A stretch of DNA of 64,000 bases from Eledone cirrhosa (GCA_964016885.1 OZ024760.1:31310001-31374000), one strand, 5' to 3'; counted from the first letter of the stretch, positions 12,172-25,883 are shown. Numbers and translations: made by a program. The notes: a model not told the origin generated them from the letters alone.

Positions 12172-14510
12172 ACTGGAACAATAAGGTAGATGAGGCAGTT
12201 AAGGCCAAGAGACAGGCATGGAAAGAATGGAAGAATGGGGGAAGCAGGGTACATTACATAGAGACCAAGAGGGAAGCTAGGCGACAAGTATACTTAGCTA
12301 GGAGGGAAGCAGAGGATAGAAAATTCAAGCATATTTTGCAACGTGAGGACCAGAAACAGGAGGTGTTCAAGATTGCGAGGCAGTGTGTCAGAGAGAATTG
12401 TGATGTCATTGGAGAGAAGTGTATCTGGAATGATAAAGGTGAGCTTGCCCTCACAAGTGCTGAGAAGAAAGATGCATGGAAGAGCCATTATGATAGATTA
12501 CTAAATGAGGAGAATGCATGGGAAGAAGAGACCCTACCCCAAGTAGACCCTATAGAGGGGCCAGCAGTACAAGTCAGCAGCAGCGTAGTAAGTAAGGCAA
12601 TCAAAGATATGAAGATGGGGAAGGCAACCGGTCCATCGGGTATAGCTGCCAAGATGCTGAAGGCATCTGGGTCTGTAGGTCACACTATAACCACACGTAT
12701 TGTTAACCAGGTAATACTAGAAGGTGTCATACCAAAAGATTGGTGCAGTAGCATCATTGTCAACTGCTACAAAGGTAAAGGTGATGCACTAGATAGAGGA
12801 AACTATAGAGGTATAAAGCTGATGGCCCAGGTCATGAAAGTAACAGAAAGAGTTATAGCACATTTGATTAGGGACCGGGTGAAACTAGATGAGATGCAAT
12901 TTGGGTTTGTACCAGGAAGAGGCACCACTGATGCCCTCTTCCTTGTGAGGCAATTACAGGAAAAGTATCTAGCTAAAAGTAAGCCACTCTACCTGGTATT
13001 CGTTGATCTCAAGAAAGCCTTTGACAGAGTTCCACGTGCTATAATCTGGTGGGCTCTTAGAAAACTAGGAGTAGATGAATGGCTTGTGAAAGCTGTACAA
13101 GCCATGTATAGGGGAGCAGTCAGCAAAGTTAGGATTAGCAATGAGTATAGCGAGGAATTTAGCGTACAGGTTGGTGTCCACCAGGGCTCTGTTCTTAGCC
13201 CTCTCCTGTTCATCATAGTCCTGCAGGCAATAATGGAGGAGTTTAAGACCAGATGCCCATGGGAACTCCTGTATGCAGATGACCTCGCACTTATAGCTGA
13301 ATCTATGGTAGAACTAGAGAAGAAATTCCAAACTTGGAAGCAAGGACTAGAAAGAAAGGGTCTCAAAGTCAACATGACAAAGACTAAGGTCCTTGTAAGT
13401 AGACGAGAAAACAGAACCCAGATCCCCTCAAGGAAATGGCCTTGCTCAGTATGTAGAAAAGGTGTAGGTAGGAACTCCATTCTCTGCCCCAAATGCAAAC
13501 AATGGGTACACAAGAGATGTAGCGGGATCTCAGGAAGCTTTATTTAGAATGTAGGATTCACATGCAGCAGCTGTGCTGAAACAGCAAGCAGCAAACAGCC
13601 ACAGGAAACAAGTACCACCAATCTCTGAGGGCTCTGTAGAAACAGTAGACAGCTTCTGCTACCTAGGTGACCGAATTAGCAGCGGAGGTGGGTGTTCAGA
13701 AAGTACAATAACTAGGGTAAGAACGGCATGGAAGAAGTTTAGGGAACTACTACCACTGCTAGCTGCAAAAGGCTTCTCCCTCAGAATGAAAGGCAGACTG
13801 TATGATGCGTGTATCCGAACAGCAATGTTACATGGTAGTGAGACCTGGGCGCTGAAGGTGGAAGACTTACGTAGATTAGAAAGAAACGAAGCCTGCATGC
13901 TCCGATGGATGTGTAATAGTAATATACGCGAACGGCAAAGCATAAATGAATTGAGAGAGAGACTGAGCATCAGAGGAATCAAATGCTGTGTGCAAGAGAG
14001 GCGGTTGCGTTGGTATGGACATGTGATGCGTATGAAGGATGACAGCTGCATAAAAAGGTGCAGAACACTAGAAGTCAATGGAAGCCACACAATGGGGAGA
14101 CCCAAGAAGACCTGGGATGAGGCGATAGGGGCCGACCTTACCCAGTTGCACCTCTCAAAGGCGATGACACACGACCGTGACCTCTGGCGTCACGCAGTAA
14201 TACAGAGTACCCGACCTCCCATGGGTACAAGCTGAAGCATATAGACAATATGCCCCACACCCTCCCACTGCAAAGTGGTCGTGGAGGTGCCATTGAAAAA
14301 AAGCACCCAGCCCACACTGTAAAGTGGACATATAGGCGCCACGGAAATAAAGCACCCAGCACTCACAGTAAATGAGGTTGGTGTTAGGAAGAGCATCTAA
14401 CTGTAGAAATCAATCCAGAATCAGTTCCCGTATGAACAAGACATGGTCAGCCGACCGGACACTGACCACAACAGGACAACCTGTCTAACCCATGCTAGCA
14501 TGGAAGATGA
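12172..14510 (+). mobile_element. RTE LINE, 5'-truncated, RT region
   Basis: ORFs 12033..13547 and 13573..14235 contain RT motifs (FVDLKKAFDRV, HQGSVLSPLLF, YADD). The element begins immediately after a (TA)n tract. Confidence 0.93.
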
Positions 14511-14557
14511 TATATACTGGTGTTTATACACATGTATATATAGATATATAAATATAT

Positions 14558-15198
14558 ATCATCATCACTGTTTTACGTCCGTTCTTCCACGCTAGCATGG
14601 ATTAGGCAGGTTGTCCTGTTGTGAGCAGTGTCCAGTAGGCTGACCTTGTCTTGCTCATATGGGAACTGATTCTGGCTTGATTTCTACAGCTGGATGTCCT
14701 TCCTAACACCAACCTCATTTACAGTGAGTGCTGGGTACTTTTTTTCCGTGGCGCCTACACATCCACTTTACACTGTGGACTGGGTGCTTTTTTCCGTGGC
14801 GCCTACACGTCCACTTTACAGTGGGAGGGTTTAGGAGCATATTGTCTATATGCTTCAGCTTCGGCTTGTTCCTGTGGTAGGTCGGATCTTCTGTATTACT
14901 GCGTGACGCCAGAGGTCACGGTCGTGTGTCATCGCCTTTGAGAGGTCTAATTGGGTAAGGTCGGCTTTTATCACCTCATCCCAGGTCTTCTTGGGTCTCT
15001 GCACCTTTTTATGCAGCTGTCATCCTTCATACGCATCACATGTCCATACCAACGCAACCGCCTCTTCTGCAACATTTGATTCCTCTTATGCTCAGTCTCT
15101 CTCTCAATTCATTTATGCTTTGCCGTTTGTGTATATTACTATTACACATCCATCGGAGCATGCAGGCTTCGTTTCTTTCTAATCTGCGCAAGTCTTCT
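14558..15198 (-). mobile_element. RTE LINE 3' fragment, tail-to-tail with the preceding copy
   Basis: Reverse complement of about 13860-14510 with internal deletions and substitutions. Confidence 0.85.
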
Positions 15199-15249
15199 CC
15201 ATATATATATGTTTATATATGTGGTCCATATTTCATATTTGTCTTGTAG

Positions 15250-16196
15250 GGATCAAAGAAGATTTGTACCACTCTCCCCCAACCACCAACACAAAAAAAA
15301 AAGATACAAGTGCATCAACACCAACAGCAGTAACAACAACAACAGCAACAGCAGCACCAGTAGCAGTAACAACAACAACAGCAACAGCAGCACCAGTAGC
15401 AGTAACAACAACAACAGCAGCAACAGTAGCAATAACAACAACAACAGCAGCAGCAGCAGCAAAAACAGCAGCAACACTAGCAGCAGCAGAAGCAACAGCA
15501 ACAGCAGTAACAACAACAAAAGCAGCAACAACAGCAGCAGCAACAACAACAACAGTAGCAGCACCAGCAGCAACAATAGCAGCAGCAGCAGCAGCAACAA
15601 CAACAACAATAGCAGCAGCAGCAGCAACAACAGCAACAGCAGTAACAACAACAACAGCAACAACAAAAACAATAGCAGCAACAGCAGCAGCAGCAACAAC
15701 AGCATCAACACTAACAGCACCAGTAGCAGTAACAACAACAACAGCAGCAACAGTAGCAATAACAACAACAACAGCAGCAGCAGCAAAAACAGCAGCAACA
15801 ACAGCAGCAGAAGCAACAGCAACAGCAGTAACAACAACAAAAGCAGCAACAACAGCAGCAGCAACAACAACAACAGTAGCAGCACCAGCAGCAACAATAG
15901 CAGCAGCAGCAGCAACAACAACAACAATAGCAGCAGCAGCAGCAACAACAGCAACAGCAGTAACAACAGCAACAACAAAAACAATAGCAGCAACAGCAGC
16001 AGCATCAACACTAACAGCAGCAGCAACAGTAACAACAACAACAGCAGCAGCAGTAACAACAACAACAACAGCAGCAGCAGCAACAACAGCAGCAGCAACA
16101 GCGACAGCAGCAGCAGCAAAACAGCAACGACAGCAGCAACGACAGTAGCAGCAGCAACGGCAGCAACAATCGCAACACTTTCGATGAATATGGCAG
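15250..16196 (+). CDS. Probable host-gene exon containing a long ACA/GCA trinucleotide repeat (Thr/Ala-rich or Asn/Ser-rich low-complexity region)
   Basis: Acceptor tttcatatttgtcttgtag at 15249 and donor GCAG|gtaaga at 16196. The 3' end ...LSMNMA-G leaves in phase 1 and joins exon 20959 in frame (G+AA = Glu). Confidence 0.55.
15320..16172. repeat. Compound (CAA/CAG)n trinucleotide repeat with internal higher-order duplication
   Basis: Seen directly. The block APVAVTTTTAATVAI...TKTIAATAAA...STLTA occurs twice. Confidence 0.95.
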
Positions 16197-16324
16197 GTAA
16201 GACAGGTATATATTTGACTCGTGTGTTTCTCTGTAATATATATATATATATATAAAATATATATATATATATATAAAATATATATATATACACACATGTA
16301 TGTATATATATATATATATATATA

Positions 16325-16830
16325 AAATCAAGGTTTAGCAAATAGAGAAAAAGTTTTAAAATAAATTTTAAAAAGTTTGTTGTATTTACTATATGTACCT
16401 TTACCGCGCGGTTTCAAATCCCAAAATAAATGGATAATCCAGGCGGACCACCATTGAGAAGGGGATTCTCGTCAGAAGGTTCTTCTCGCTCGGAGAATAT
16501 AAAATTCCCGAGTTCAAATCACAAACTGGCGCCATACAAAACTATTCCTGGATGAGAGTGAATGAGGAAGGAACCAATTACACATGGCACTAGACAAAAT
16601 TGGTTCTTTCTGACGAGAATCCCCTTCTCAATGGTGGTCCGCCTGGATGTACAGCAAACTTTTTAAATTTATTTAAAACTTTTTCTCTATTTGCTAAACC
16701 TTGATTTTATATGTTCTGGCTCGTTAATTTATTAACCTGCCATAGAACCACATTGGCATACGGTTGGATAATACTTGTATCCCTATATGTATTTTTTACA
16801 CGTAGGAACACATACTTTATTATTATATAT
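16325..16830. mobile_element. Non-coding inverted (fold-back) element, probable PLE terminal fragment
   Basis: 16325-16476 is the reverse complement of 16608-16710, and the right arm has an internal deletion. A related copy lies at about 26525-26775. The element is flanked by (TA)n. Confidence 0.7.
16397..16480 (-). ncRNA. Type I hammerhead ribozyme motif
   Basis: Minus strand: acctt CTGACGA gaatccc [37-nt loop] gggattt GAAA ccgcgcgg TA aaggt. Stem I 5 bp, stem II 7 bp, palindromic stem III, GUA site. Confidence 0.8.
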
Positions 16831-16835
16831 ATATT

Positions 16836-18289
16836 GTGAAGAATTTAGTGTAAAAGTTGGTGTTCACCAAGGCTCTGTCCTTAGCCCCCTCCTATTTATT
16901 ATTGCCCTTCAGGCTATAACACAGGAGTTCAAGACCGGCTGCCCATGGGAACTCCTATACGCAGATGATCTAACGCTCATAACTGAATCAATGGCTGAAC
17001 TAGAGAAGAAATTCCAAACATGGAAGCATGGCCTAGAATCAAAAGGCCTTAAAATTAACCTGTCTAAGACTTAAGTTCTAGTTTGTAGGAAGGAAAATAA
17101 GGCACTGGTCCCATCTGGGAAATGGCCATGCTCAGTGTGTAGGAAAGGTGCAGGCAGAAACTCCATTTTATGTCCCAAATGCAAAATATGGGTACATAAA
17201 AGATGTAGTGGGATCACAGGTAAACTATCTAAGAACGTAGACTTTATATGTGGCCGATGCTAGCAAGTGTCCACAGGATACTAGACCCTTCTATTGCCCA
17301 GATGGTTCTATAGAAATAGTAGACACTTTCCGTTACCTGGGTGACGAAATCAGCAGTGGTGGAGGGTGTTCTGAAAGTACAGTAGCCAGAGTCAGAACGG
17401 GATGGAAAAAGTTCAGAGAGCTTATACCGCTGTTGGCCACAAAAGGGTTCTCTCTAAAGATGAAAGGCAGATTGTATGATGCCTGTATACGAACAGCAAT
17501 GCTACATGGCAGTGAGACATGGGCATTGCGTGCAGAGGACCTGCGTAGACTGGAAAGGAACGAAGCTTGCATGTTCCGTTGGATGTGTAATAGTAATATA
17601 CATGAACGGCAAAGCATAAATGAACTAAGTGAGAAATTAGGAATAAGAGGGATCAGATGCTGTTTACTCGAGAGAAGACTACGTTGGTATGGCCACGTGA
17701 TGCGCATGAAAGACGACAGGGCGATCAAAATTGATGGTAGTTATGGAGTAGGTAGACCCAGAAAAACCTGGGACGATCTGATAAATTCCGACCTTACACA
17801 CTTACACCTCTCTAAGACAATGTCACTGGACTGAGATCTTTGGCGCTACGTAGTAATACAGAAGACCCGCCTTGCCTATGTACAAAGCGAAACCTACAGT
17901 CAGTAGGCACCTCTTAACCAAATATACACCCCATTCCACTACCCCTACCCTATCCTCCCACTCTCACCAACACCACCCCCTCTCTATAAAGTTGGTACCA
18001 CAACATCCAGTCCAAATAAATGAGATCGAGATCGAGATCGTGCAGGTGTCACGAGAAAAAACACACAGTCCACGCTGTAATGTGGCTGTGTAGGTAACAC
18101 GGTAAAAAGTTCCCAGTTCCACACTGTAAATGTGGTTGGTGTTAGGAAGAGCATCCAACCGTAGAAAACCTGCCAGATAGTCCTATATGAGCGAGACACG
18201 GTTACCCGACCAACCTTGTCTCAAGTGGGACAACTCCCGTCTAACCCATGCTAGCGTGGAAAGTGGACGTTAAACGAGGATGATGATGA

Positions 18290-18292
<3 letters not shown>
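16836..18292 (+). mobile_element. RTE LINE 3' fragment
   Basis: ORFs 16775..17074 (HQGSVLSPLLF, YADD) and 17250..17834; (GAT)n tail. Confidence 0.9.
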
Positions 18293-18332
<40 letters not shown>

Positions 18333-18344
18333 TATATATATGCC

Positions 18345-20880
18345 ACTATACCACCTAGACTGGGGTGTAGAGTCTGTCACCCAATACCACAGCTGAGATA
18401 TACTACCCAGACTGGGGTGTAGAGTCTGTCACTCCCTACCACAGCTGAGATATACCACCCAGACTGGGGTGTAGAGTCTGTCACTCCCTACCACAGCTGA
18501 GATATACCACATAGACTGCGGTGTAGAGTGTACCACTCCCTACCACAGCTAAGATATAACACCTAGACTGGGGTGTAGAGTCCCTCACTCCCTACCACAG
18601 CTAAGATATACCACCTAGACTGGGGTGTAGAGTCCCTCACTCCCTACCACAGCTCAGATATACCACCTAGACGGGTGTAGAGTCTGTCACTCTCTACCAC
18701 AGCTGAGATATACCACCTCGACTGGGGTGTAGAGTCTGTCACTTCCTACCACAGCTGAGATATACCACCTAGACTGGGGTGTAGAGTCCCTCACTCCCTA
18801 CCACAGATGTGATATACCACCTAGACTGGGGTGTAGAGTCCCTCACTCCCTACCACAGCTGTGATATACCACCTAGACTGGGGTGTAGAGTCTGTCACTT
18901 CCTACTACAGCTGAGATATACCACCTAGACTGGGGTGTAGAGTCCCTCACTCCCTACCACAGCTAAGATATACCACCTAGACTGGGGTGTAGAGTCCCTC
19001 ACTCCCTACCACAGCTGTGATATACCACCTAAACTTGGGTGTAGAGTGCCTCACTCCCTACCACAGCTAAGATATACCACCTAGACTGGGGTGTAGAGTC
19101 CCTCACTCCCTACCACAGCTGTGATATACCACCTAAACTGGGGTGTAGAGTGCCTCACTCCCTACCACAGCTAAGATATACCACCTAGACTGGGGTGTAG
19201 AGTCCCTCACTCCCTACCACAGCTAAGATATACCACCTAGACTGGGGTGTAGAGTCCCTCACTCCCTACCACAGCTGTGATATACCACCTAGACTGGGGT
19301 GTAGAGTCCCTCACTCCCTACCACAGCTAAGATATACCACCTAGACTGGGGTGTAGAGTCCCTCACTCCCTACCACAGCTGTGATATACCACCTAGACTG
19401 GGGTGTAGAGTCCCTCACTCCCTACCACAGCTAAGATATACCACCTAGACTGGAGTGTAGAGTCCCTCACTCCCTACCACAGCTGTGATATACCACCTAA
19501 ACTGGGGTGTAGAGTGCCTCACTCCCTACCACAGCTAAGATATACCACCTAGACTGGGGTGTAGAGTCCCTCACTCCCTACCACAGCTAAGATATACCAC
19601 CTAGACTGGGGTGTAGAGTCCCTCACTCCCTACCACAGCTGTGATATACCACCTAGACTGGGGTGTAGAGTCCCTCACTCCCTACCACAGCTGTGATATA
19701 CCACCTAGACTGGGGTGTAGAGTCTGTCACTTCCTACTACAGCTGAGATATACCACCTAGACTGGGGTGTAGAGTCCCTCACTCCCTACCACAGCTAAGA
19801 TATACCACCTAGACTGGGGTGTAGAGTCCCTCACTCCCTACCACAGCTGTGATATACCACCTAGACTGGGGTGTAGAGTCCCTCACTCCCTACCACAGCT
19901 AAGATATACCACCTAGACTGGGGTGTAGAGTCCCTCACTCCCTACCACAGCTGTGATATACCACCTAGACTGGGGTGTAGCGTGTACCACTCCCTACCAC
20001 AGCTAAGATATACCACCTAGACTGGGGTGTAAAGTCTGTCACTCCCTACCACAGCTGAGATATACCACCTAGACTGGTGTGTAGAATCTGTCACTCCCTA
20101 CCACAGCTGATATATACCACCTAGACTGGGGTGAAGAGTCTGTCACTCCCTACCACAGCTGTGATATACCACCTAGACTGGGGTGTAGATTGTCACTCTC
20201 TAGCAGAGCTGAGATATCCCACCTAGACTGGGGTGTAGAGTCCCTCACTCCCTACCACAGCTGAGATATACCACCTAGACTGGGGTGTAGAGTCTACCAC
20301 TCCCTACCACAGCTAAGATATACCACCTGGACTGGGGTGTAGAGTGTACCACTCCCTACCACAGCTCAGATATACCACCTAGACTGGGGTGTAGAGTCTG
20401 TCACTCCCTACCACAGCTGAGATATACCACCTAGACTGGGGTATAGAGACTACTACTCCCTACCACAGCTGAGATATACCACCTAGACTGGGGTGTAGAG
20501 TCTGTCACTCACTACCATAGCTGAGATATACCACCTAGACTGGGGTGTAGAGACTACTACTTCCTACCACAGCTGTGATATACCACCTAGACTGGGGTGT
20601 AGAGACTACTACTTCCTACCACAGCTGTGATATACCACCTAGACTGGGGTGTAGAGACTACTACTCCCTACCACAGCTGAGATATACCACCTAGACTGGG
20701 ATGTAGAGACTACTACTCCCTACCACAGCTGAGATATACCACCTAGACTGGGGTGTAGAGACTACTACTTCCTACCACAGCTGAGATATACCACCTAGAC
20801 TGGGGTGTAGAGACTACTACTTCCTACCACAGCTGTGATATACCACCTAGACTGGGGTGTACAGTTTGTCACTCCCCACC
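18345..20880. repeat. 52-bp minisatellite, about 49 copies
   Basis: Unit gatataccacctagactggggtgtagagtccctcactccctaccacagct(aa/gt/ga); period 52 (for example 19071 to 19123). Confidence 0.97.
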
Positions 20881-20958
20881 CACGGTCGGGATATATTGAT
20901 ATGTAATGTTAAACAGGACAACTACTGAATGACTATTATTTTTTATTTGATTTTTTAG

Positions 20959-21017
20959 AATTTTTGAATTCGGATCTGAATGAATACATACAACATTCCC
21001 TCAACAATATGCCTTAT
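20959..21017 (+). CDS. Host gene exon (59 nt): (E)FLNSDLNEYIQHSLNNMPY
   Basis: ttttttag| ... |gtaagt; open frame, phase 1 in, phase 0 out, matching the next exon. Confidence 0.8.
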
Positions 21018-21596
21018 GTAAGTAGATATATGGAAGTTTACTTTACATTTCTGCTATTTATTTAATTTTTTTTTAGCATTTAAACCGGCCACATCCGGCC
21101 AGAATTTTTTTATCTCTTTCTGTTGAAACTGGCCATAACCAGCCACTCATACTGATGTTAAGGTATTGTTCTCAAAATAAATAGTATCAAAATCTCATAA
21201 ATTTGATATTATGTGAGATATTATTTGAGGTAAAGCCTTTACCGTGAAAATTCAATAGTACATATAGAATAATGTAAATGCTAAAGTGTTAAGATTATTA
21301 CCTGATTCTGGTTTACATTGAAAGCTGCGACAAAGATTGGAGTTGATAGCAGTGAAAGTTTAGGGGCTTCTCACTAATTGTTTTCTATATCTTTAGTGAA
21401 GGTATGTGACTTAGTTGCTGGGCTTATAATCATAGTTTTGATTCCTTTACTGGGTAGCACATTATGTCCTTAAGCAAGACATTTCATTTCACATTGCTCC
21501 AGTGAAGTACTAGAAGCAGCAGCAGCTTTGGGTTAACCCCTGCAATGGACTGGCATCCTGTCCAGTCAGGAGCTACTTTGTGTTCTCAGTCACTTA

Positions 21597-21890
21597 ACCA
21601 TTTTTCACGCTCAGAGTTGCTGAAGTATGGAACAAACTACCTACATCAGTTGTTAGCTGTCAGGATACTGCATCCTTTAAAACCTCCATGCTTCTTGAAA
21701 TTCACCAACACTACACTTGATATTCCCCCTCCATACACACGCACACGTGTCTGTGTGTATATCATGACTCATACACTGTTCATTTTCCTGACATTTGTAC
21801 ATTATTCTATGTACTATACATGCACCTTTGATGAGTTGTAGTTCACCTGAGCACTGTACACAATAATTTCATTATTATTATTATTATTTA
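21597..21890 (+). mobile_element. CR1-like LINE 3' end
   Basis: Translates FFTLRVAEVWNKLPTSVVSCQDTASFK, a typical CR1 ORF2 C-terminus, and ends in (ATT)n. Confidence 0.7.
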
Positions 21891-22096
21891 ACGCCTGTGA
21901 AATTGCATCATCTCGGGTTTAATGAATCACAGGGTTTGGGACAGACTTTAACTTAATATATTTACATTCTATAAAGTTCTGCATGTAACCAAGACCATCA
22001 ATTGTCCTAACCCGTCAATAAAACACTCAGAAAAGGAAAACCAACCTTGAGCCCAATCTAGATATAAGCCAAATACCTATACTCCACCTCATACAT

Positions 22097-25028
22097 ATTC
22101 CCTGCTAAACTAACCACTGGACCACACCTCTGTTCCCTGCTAAACTAACCACTGGATGACACCTCCATTCCCTGCTAAACTAACCACTGGACCACACCAC
22201 CATTCCCTGTTAAACTAACCACTGGACCACACCACCATTCCCTGCTAAACTAACCACTGGACCACACCTCCATTCCCTGCTAAACTAACCACTGGACCAC
22301 ACCACCGTTCCCTGTTAAACTAACCACTGGACCACACCACCATTCCCTGCTAAACTAACCACTGGACCACACCACCATTCCCTGCTAAACTAACCACTGG
22401 ACCACACCACCATTCCCTGTTAAACTAACCACTGGACCACACCACCATTCCCTACTAAACTAACCACTGGACCACACCACCATTCCCTACTAAGCTAACC
22501 ACTGGACCACACCTCCATTCCCTGCTAAACTAACCACTGGACCACACCACCGTTCCCTGTTAAACTAACCACTGGACCACACCACCATTCCCTGTTAAAC
22601 TAACCACTGGACCACACCACCATTCCCTACTAAGCTAACCACTGGACCACACCACCATTCCCTATTAAACTAACCGCTGGATCACACCACCATTCCCTGC
22701 TAAACTAACCACTGGACCACATCTCCGTTCCCTGCTATACTAACCACTGGACCACACCACCATTCCCTGCTAAACTAACCACTGGACCACACCTCTGTTC
22801 CCTGCTAAACTAATCACTGGACCACACCACCATTCCCTACTAAACTAACCACTGGACCACACCACCATTCTCTGCTAAACTAACCACTGGACCACACCAC
22901 CATTCCCTGCTAAACTAACCACTGGACCACACCTCTGTTCCCTGCTAAACTAATCACTGGACCACACCACCATTCTCTGCTAAACTAACCACTGGACCTC
23001 ACCACCATTCTCTGCTAAACTAACCACTGGACCACACCTCTGTTCCCTGCTAAACTAATCACTGGACCACACCACCATTCCCTACTAAACTAACCACTGG
23101 ACCACACCACCATTCTCTGCTAAACTAACCACTGGACCACACCACCATTCCCTGCTAAACTAACCACTGGACCACACCTCTGTTCCCTGCTAAACTAATC
23201 ACTGGACCACACCACCATTCCCTACTAAACTAACCACTGGACCTCACCACCATTCCCTGCTAAACTAACCACTGGACCTCACCAGCATTCCCTGCTAAAC
23301 TAACCACTGGACCACACCTCTGTTCCCTGCTAAACTAACCACTGGACCACACCACCATTCTCTGCTAAACTAACCACTGGACCACACCACCATTCTCTGC
23401 TAAACTAACCACTGGACCACACCTACGTTCCCTGCTAAACTAACCACTGGATCCCACCTCCGTTCCCTGCTAAACTAACCACTGGACCACACCACCATTC
23501 CCTATTAAACTAACCGCTGGATCACACCACCATTCCCTGCTATACTAACCACTGGACCACACCACCATTCCCTGCTAAACTAACCACTGGACCACACCAC
23601 CATTCCCTGCTAAACTACCCACTGGACCACATCTCCGTTGCCTGTTAAACTAACCACTGGACCACACCACCATTCCCTGCTAAACTAACCACTGGACCAC
23701 ATCTCCGTTGCCTGTTAAACTAACCACTGGACCACACCACCATTCCCTACTAAACTAACCACTGGACCACACCTCCGTTGCCTGTTAAACTAACCACTGG
23801 ACCACACCTCCGTTCCCTGCTAAACTAACCACTGGACACACCACCATTCCCTGCTAAACTAACCACTGGACCACACCTCCGTTCCCTGCTAAACTAACCA
23901 CTGGACCACACCACCATTCCCTGCTATACTAACCACTGGACCACACCACCATTCCCTGCTAAACTAACCACTGGACCACACCTCTGTTCCCTGCTAAACT
24001 AACCACTGGACCACACCTCTGTTCCCTGCTAAACTAACCACTGGACCTCACCACCATTCTCTGCTAAACTAACCACTGGACCACACCTCCGTTCCCTGCT
24101 AAACTAACCACTGGACCACACCTCCGTTCCCTGCTAAACTAACCACTGGACCACACCACCATTCTCTGCTAAACTAACCACTGGACCACACCTACGTTCC
24201 CTGCTAAACTAACCACTGGATCCCACCTCCGTTCCCTGCTAAACTAACCACTGGACCACACCACCATTCCCTGTTAAACTAACCACTGGACCACACCACC
24301 ATTCCCTGCTAAACTAACCACTGGACCACACCACCATTCCCTGCTAAACTAACCACTGGACCACACCACCATTCCCTGTTAAACTAACCACTGGACCACA
24401 CCTCTGTTCCCTGCTAAACTAACCACTGGACCACACCACCATTCCCTGCTAAACTAACCAGTGGACCACACCACTATTCCCTGTTAAACTAACCACTGGA
24501 CCACACCACCATTCCCTGCTAAACTAACCACTGGACCACACCACCATTCCCTGCTAAACTAACCACTGGACCACACCACCATTCCCTGCTAAACTACCCA
24601 CTGGACCACATCTCCGTTGCCTGTTAAACTAACCACTGGACCACACCACCATTCCCTGCTAAACTAACCACTGGACCACACCTCCGTTGCCTGTTAAACT
24701 AACCACTGGACCACACCACCATTCCCTGCTAAACTAACCACTGGACCACACCTCTGTTCCCTGCTAAACTAACCACTGGACCATACCTCCGTTCCCTATT
24801 AAACTACCCACTGGACCACACCTCCGTTCCCTGTTAAACTAACCACTGGACCACACCACTATTCCCTGCTAAACTCCCCACTGGACCACACCACCATTCC
24901 CTGTTAAACTAACCACTGGACCACACCACCATTCGCTGCCAAACTAATCACTGGACCACACCACCATTCCCTGCTAAACTAACCACTGGACCACACCTCC
25001 ATTCCTTGTTAAACTAACCACTGGACCA
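22097..25028. repeat. 35-bp minisatellite, about 84 copies
   Basis: Unit cattccctgctaaactaaccactggaccacaccac; period 35 (22201 to 22236). Confidence 0.97.
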
Positions 25029-25104
25029 GTGCCTAAATTAGAAATTGTTGTTGTTGTTAATACAGAAGTCATGAGCTTCAACTAATTTTATGCTATATTT
25101 GTAG

Positions 25105-25252
25105 GGCAGGGAAAGAATTCATCTTTTCAACTGTGTTCATGATCCAAAGGAATTTTTGGAAAGCATATTAGGGTTTTACCAAAACACTGACGACCCAAAA
25201 TTTCAATGTACTATCTATGATTTTTTACTAGGCCTAACAATGTACTTCCCAG
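25105..25252 (+). CDS. Host gene exon (148 nt): GRERIHLFNCVHDPKEFLESILGFYQNTDDPKFQCTIYDFLLGLTMYFP
   Basis: tttgtag| ... G|gtaaat; stop-free, phase 0 in, phase 1 out. Confidence 0.85.
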
Positions 25253-25477
25253 GTAAATATTGTTTCATCTAACCAGGTGAATATTAAGTCATTATCATCA
25301 CTGGTAATGTTCATTTTTCCAAGTTAGCATGGGTTAGACGGGTTGTCCCGTTTGAAGCAAGTTGAGTGAGATGACTGTGTCTTCCTCATACAGAACTGAT
25401 TTTGCCCTTCCTAACACCAACCACATTTACAGTAAGTACTGGGTGCTTTTTACCATGGAACCTAACGACCAATTTAC

Positions 25478-25820
25478 ATCATCATCGTCATCGTCATTTA
25501 CGTCTGCTTTTTCCCTGCTTGCAAGGGTGGGACGGGAACTGATTCTGGCTTGATTTCTACAGCTGGATGCCCTTCCTAACACCAACCTCAGTTACAGTGA
25601 GTGCTGGGTGCTTTTTTGCTGTGGCACCTCCACGACCACTTTGCAGTGGAATGATATGGACCTCAGTCCCTTTCATCTCATTTCTACAGCTGAGTAAACT
25701 GGAGCAATGTGAAATAAAGTGTCTTGCTCAAGGAAACAACACATCACCTGGTCTGAGAATTGAACTCACAACCTTTTGATTGCAAGGTCAATGCTCTAAC
25801 CACTAAGCCATGTGCCTCCA
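25478..25820 (-). mobile_element. SINE with tRNA-like head and RTE-derived 3' tail
   Basis: Reverse complement of 51215-51612; another copy at 46395-46710. Confidence 0.8.
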
Positions 25821-25825
25821 TTACA

Positions 25826-25883
<58 letters not shown>

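Noticed and set aside
15233-16341. Minus-strand poly-Leu and poly-Val/Ala ORFs
   Set aside because: They are the antisense reading of the CAA/CAG repeat; splice signals support only the + strand.
18345-25028. CRISPR-like appearance of the 52-bp and 35-bp arrays
   Set aside because: The units are contiguous tandem copies with only point variants. There are no unique spacers and no cas genes, and the context is a eukaryotic intron.
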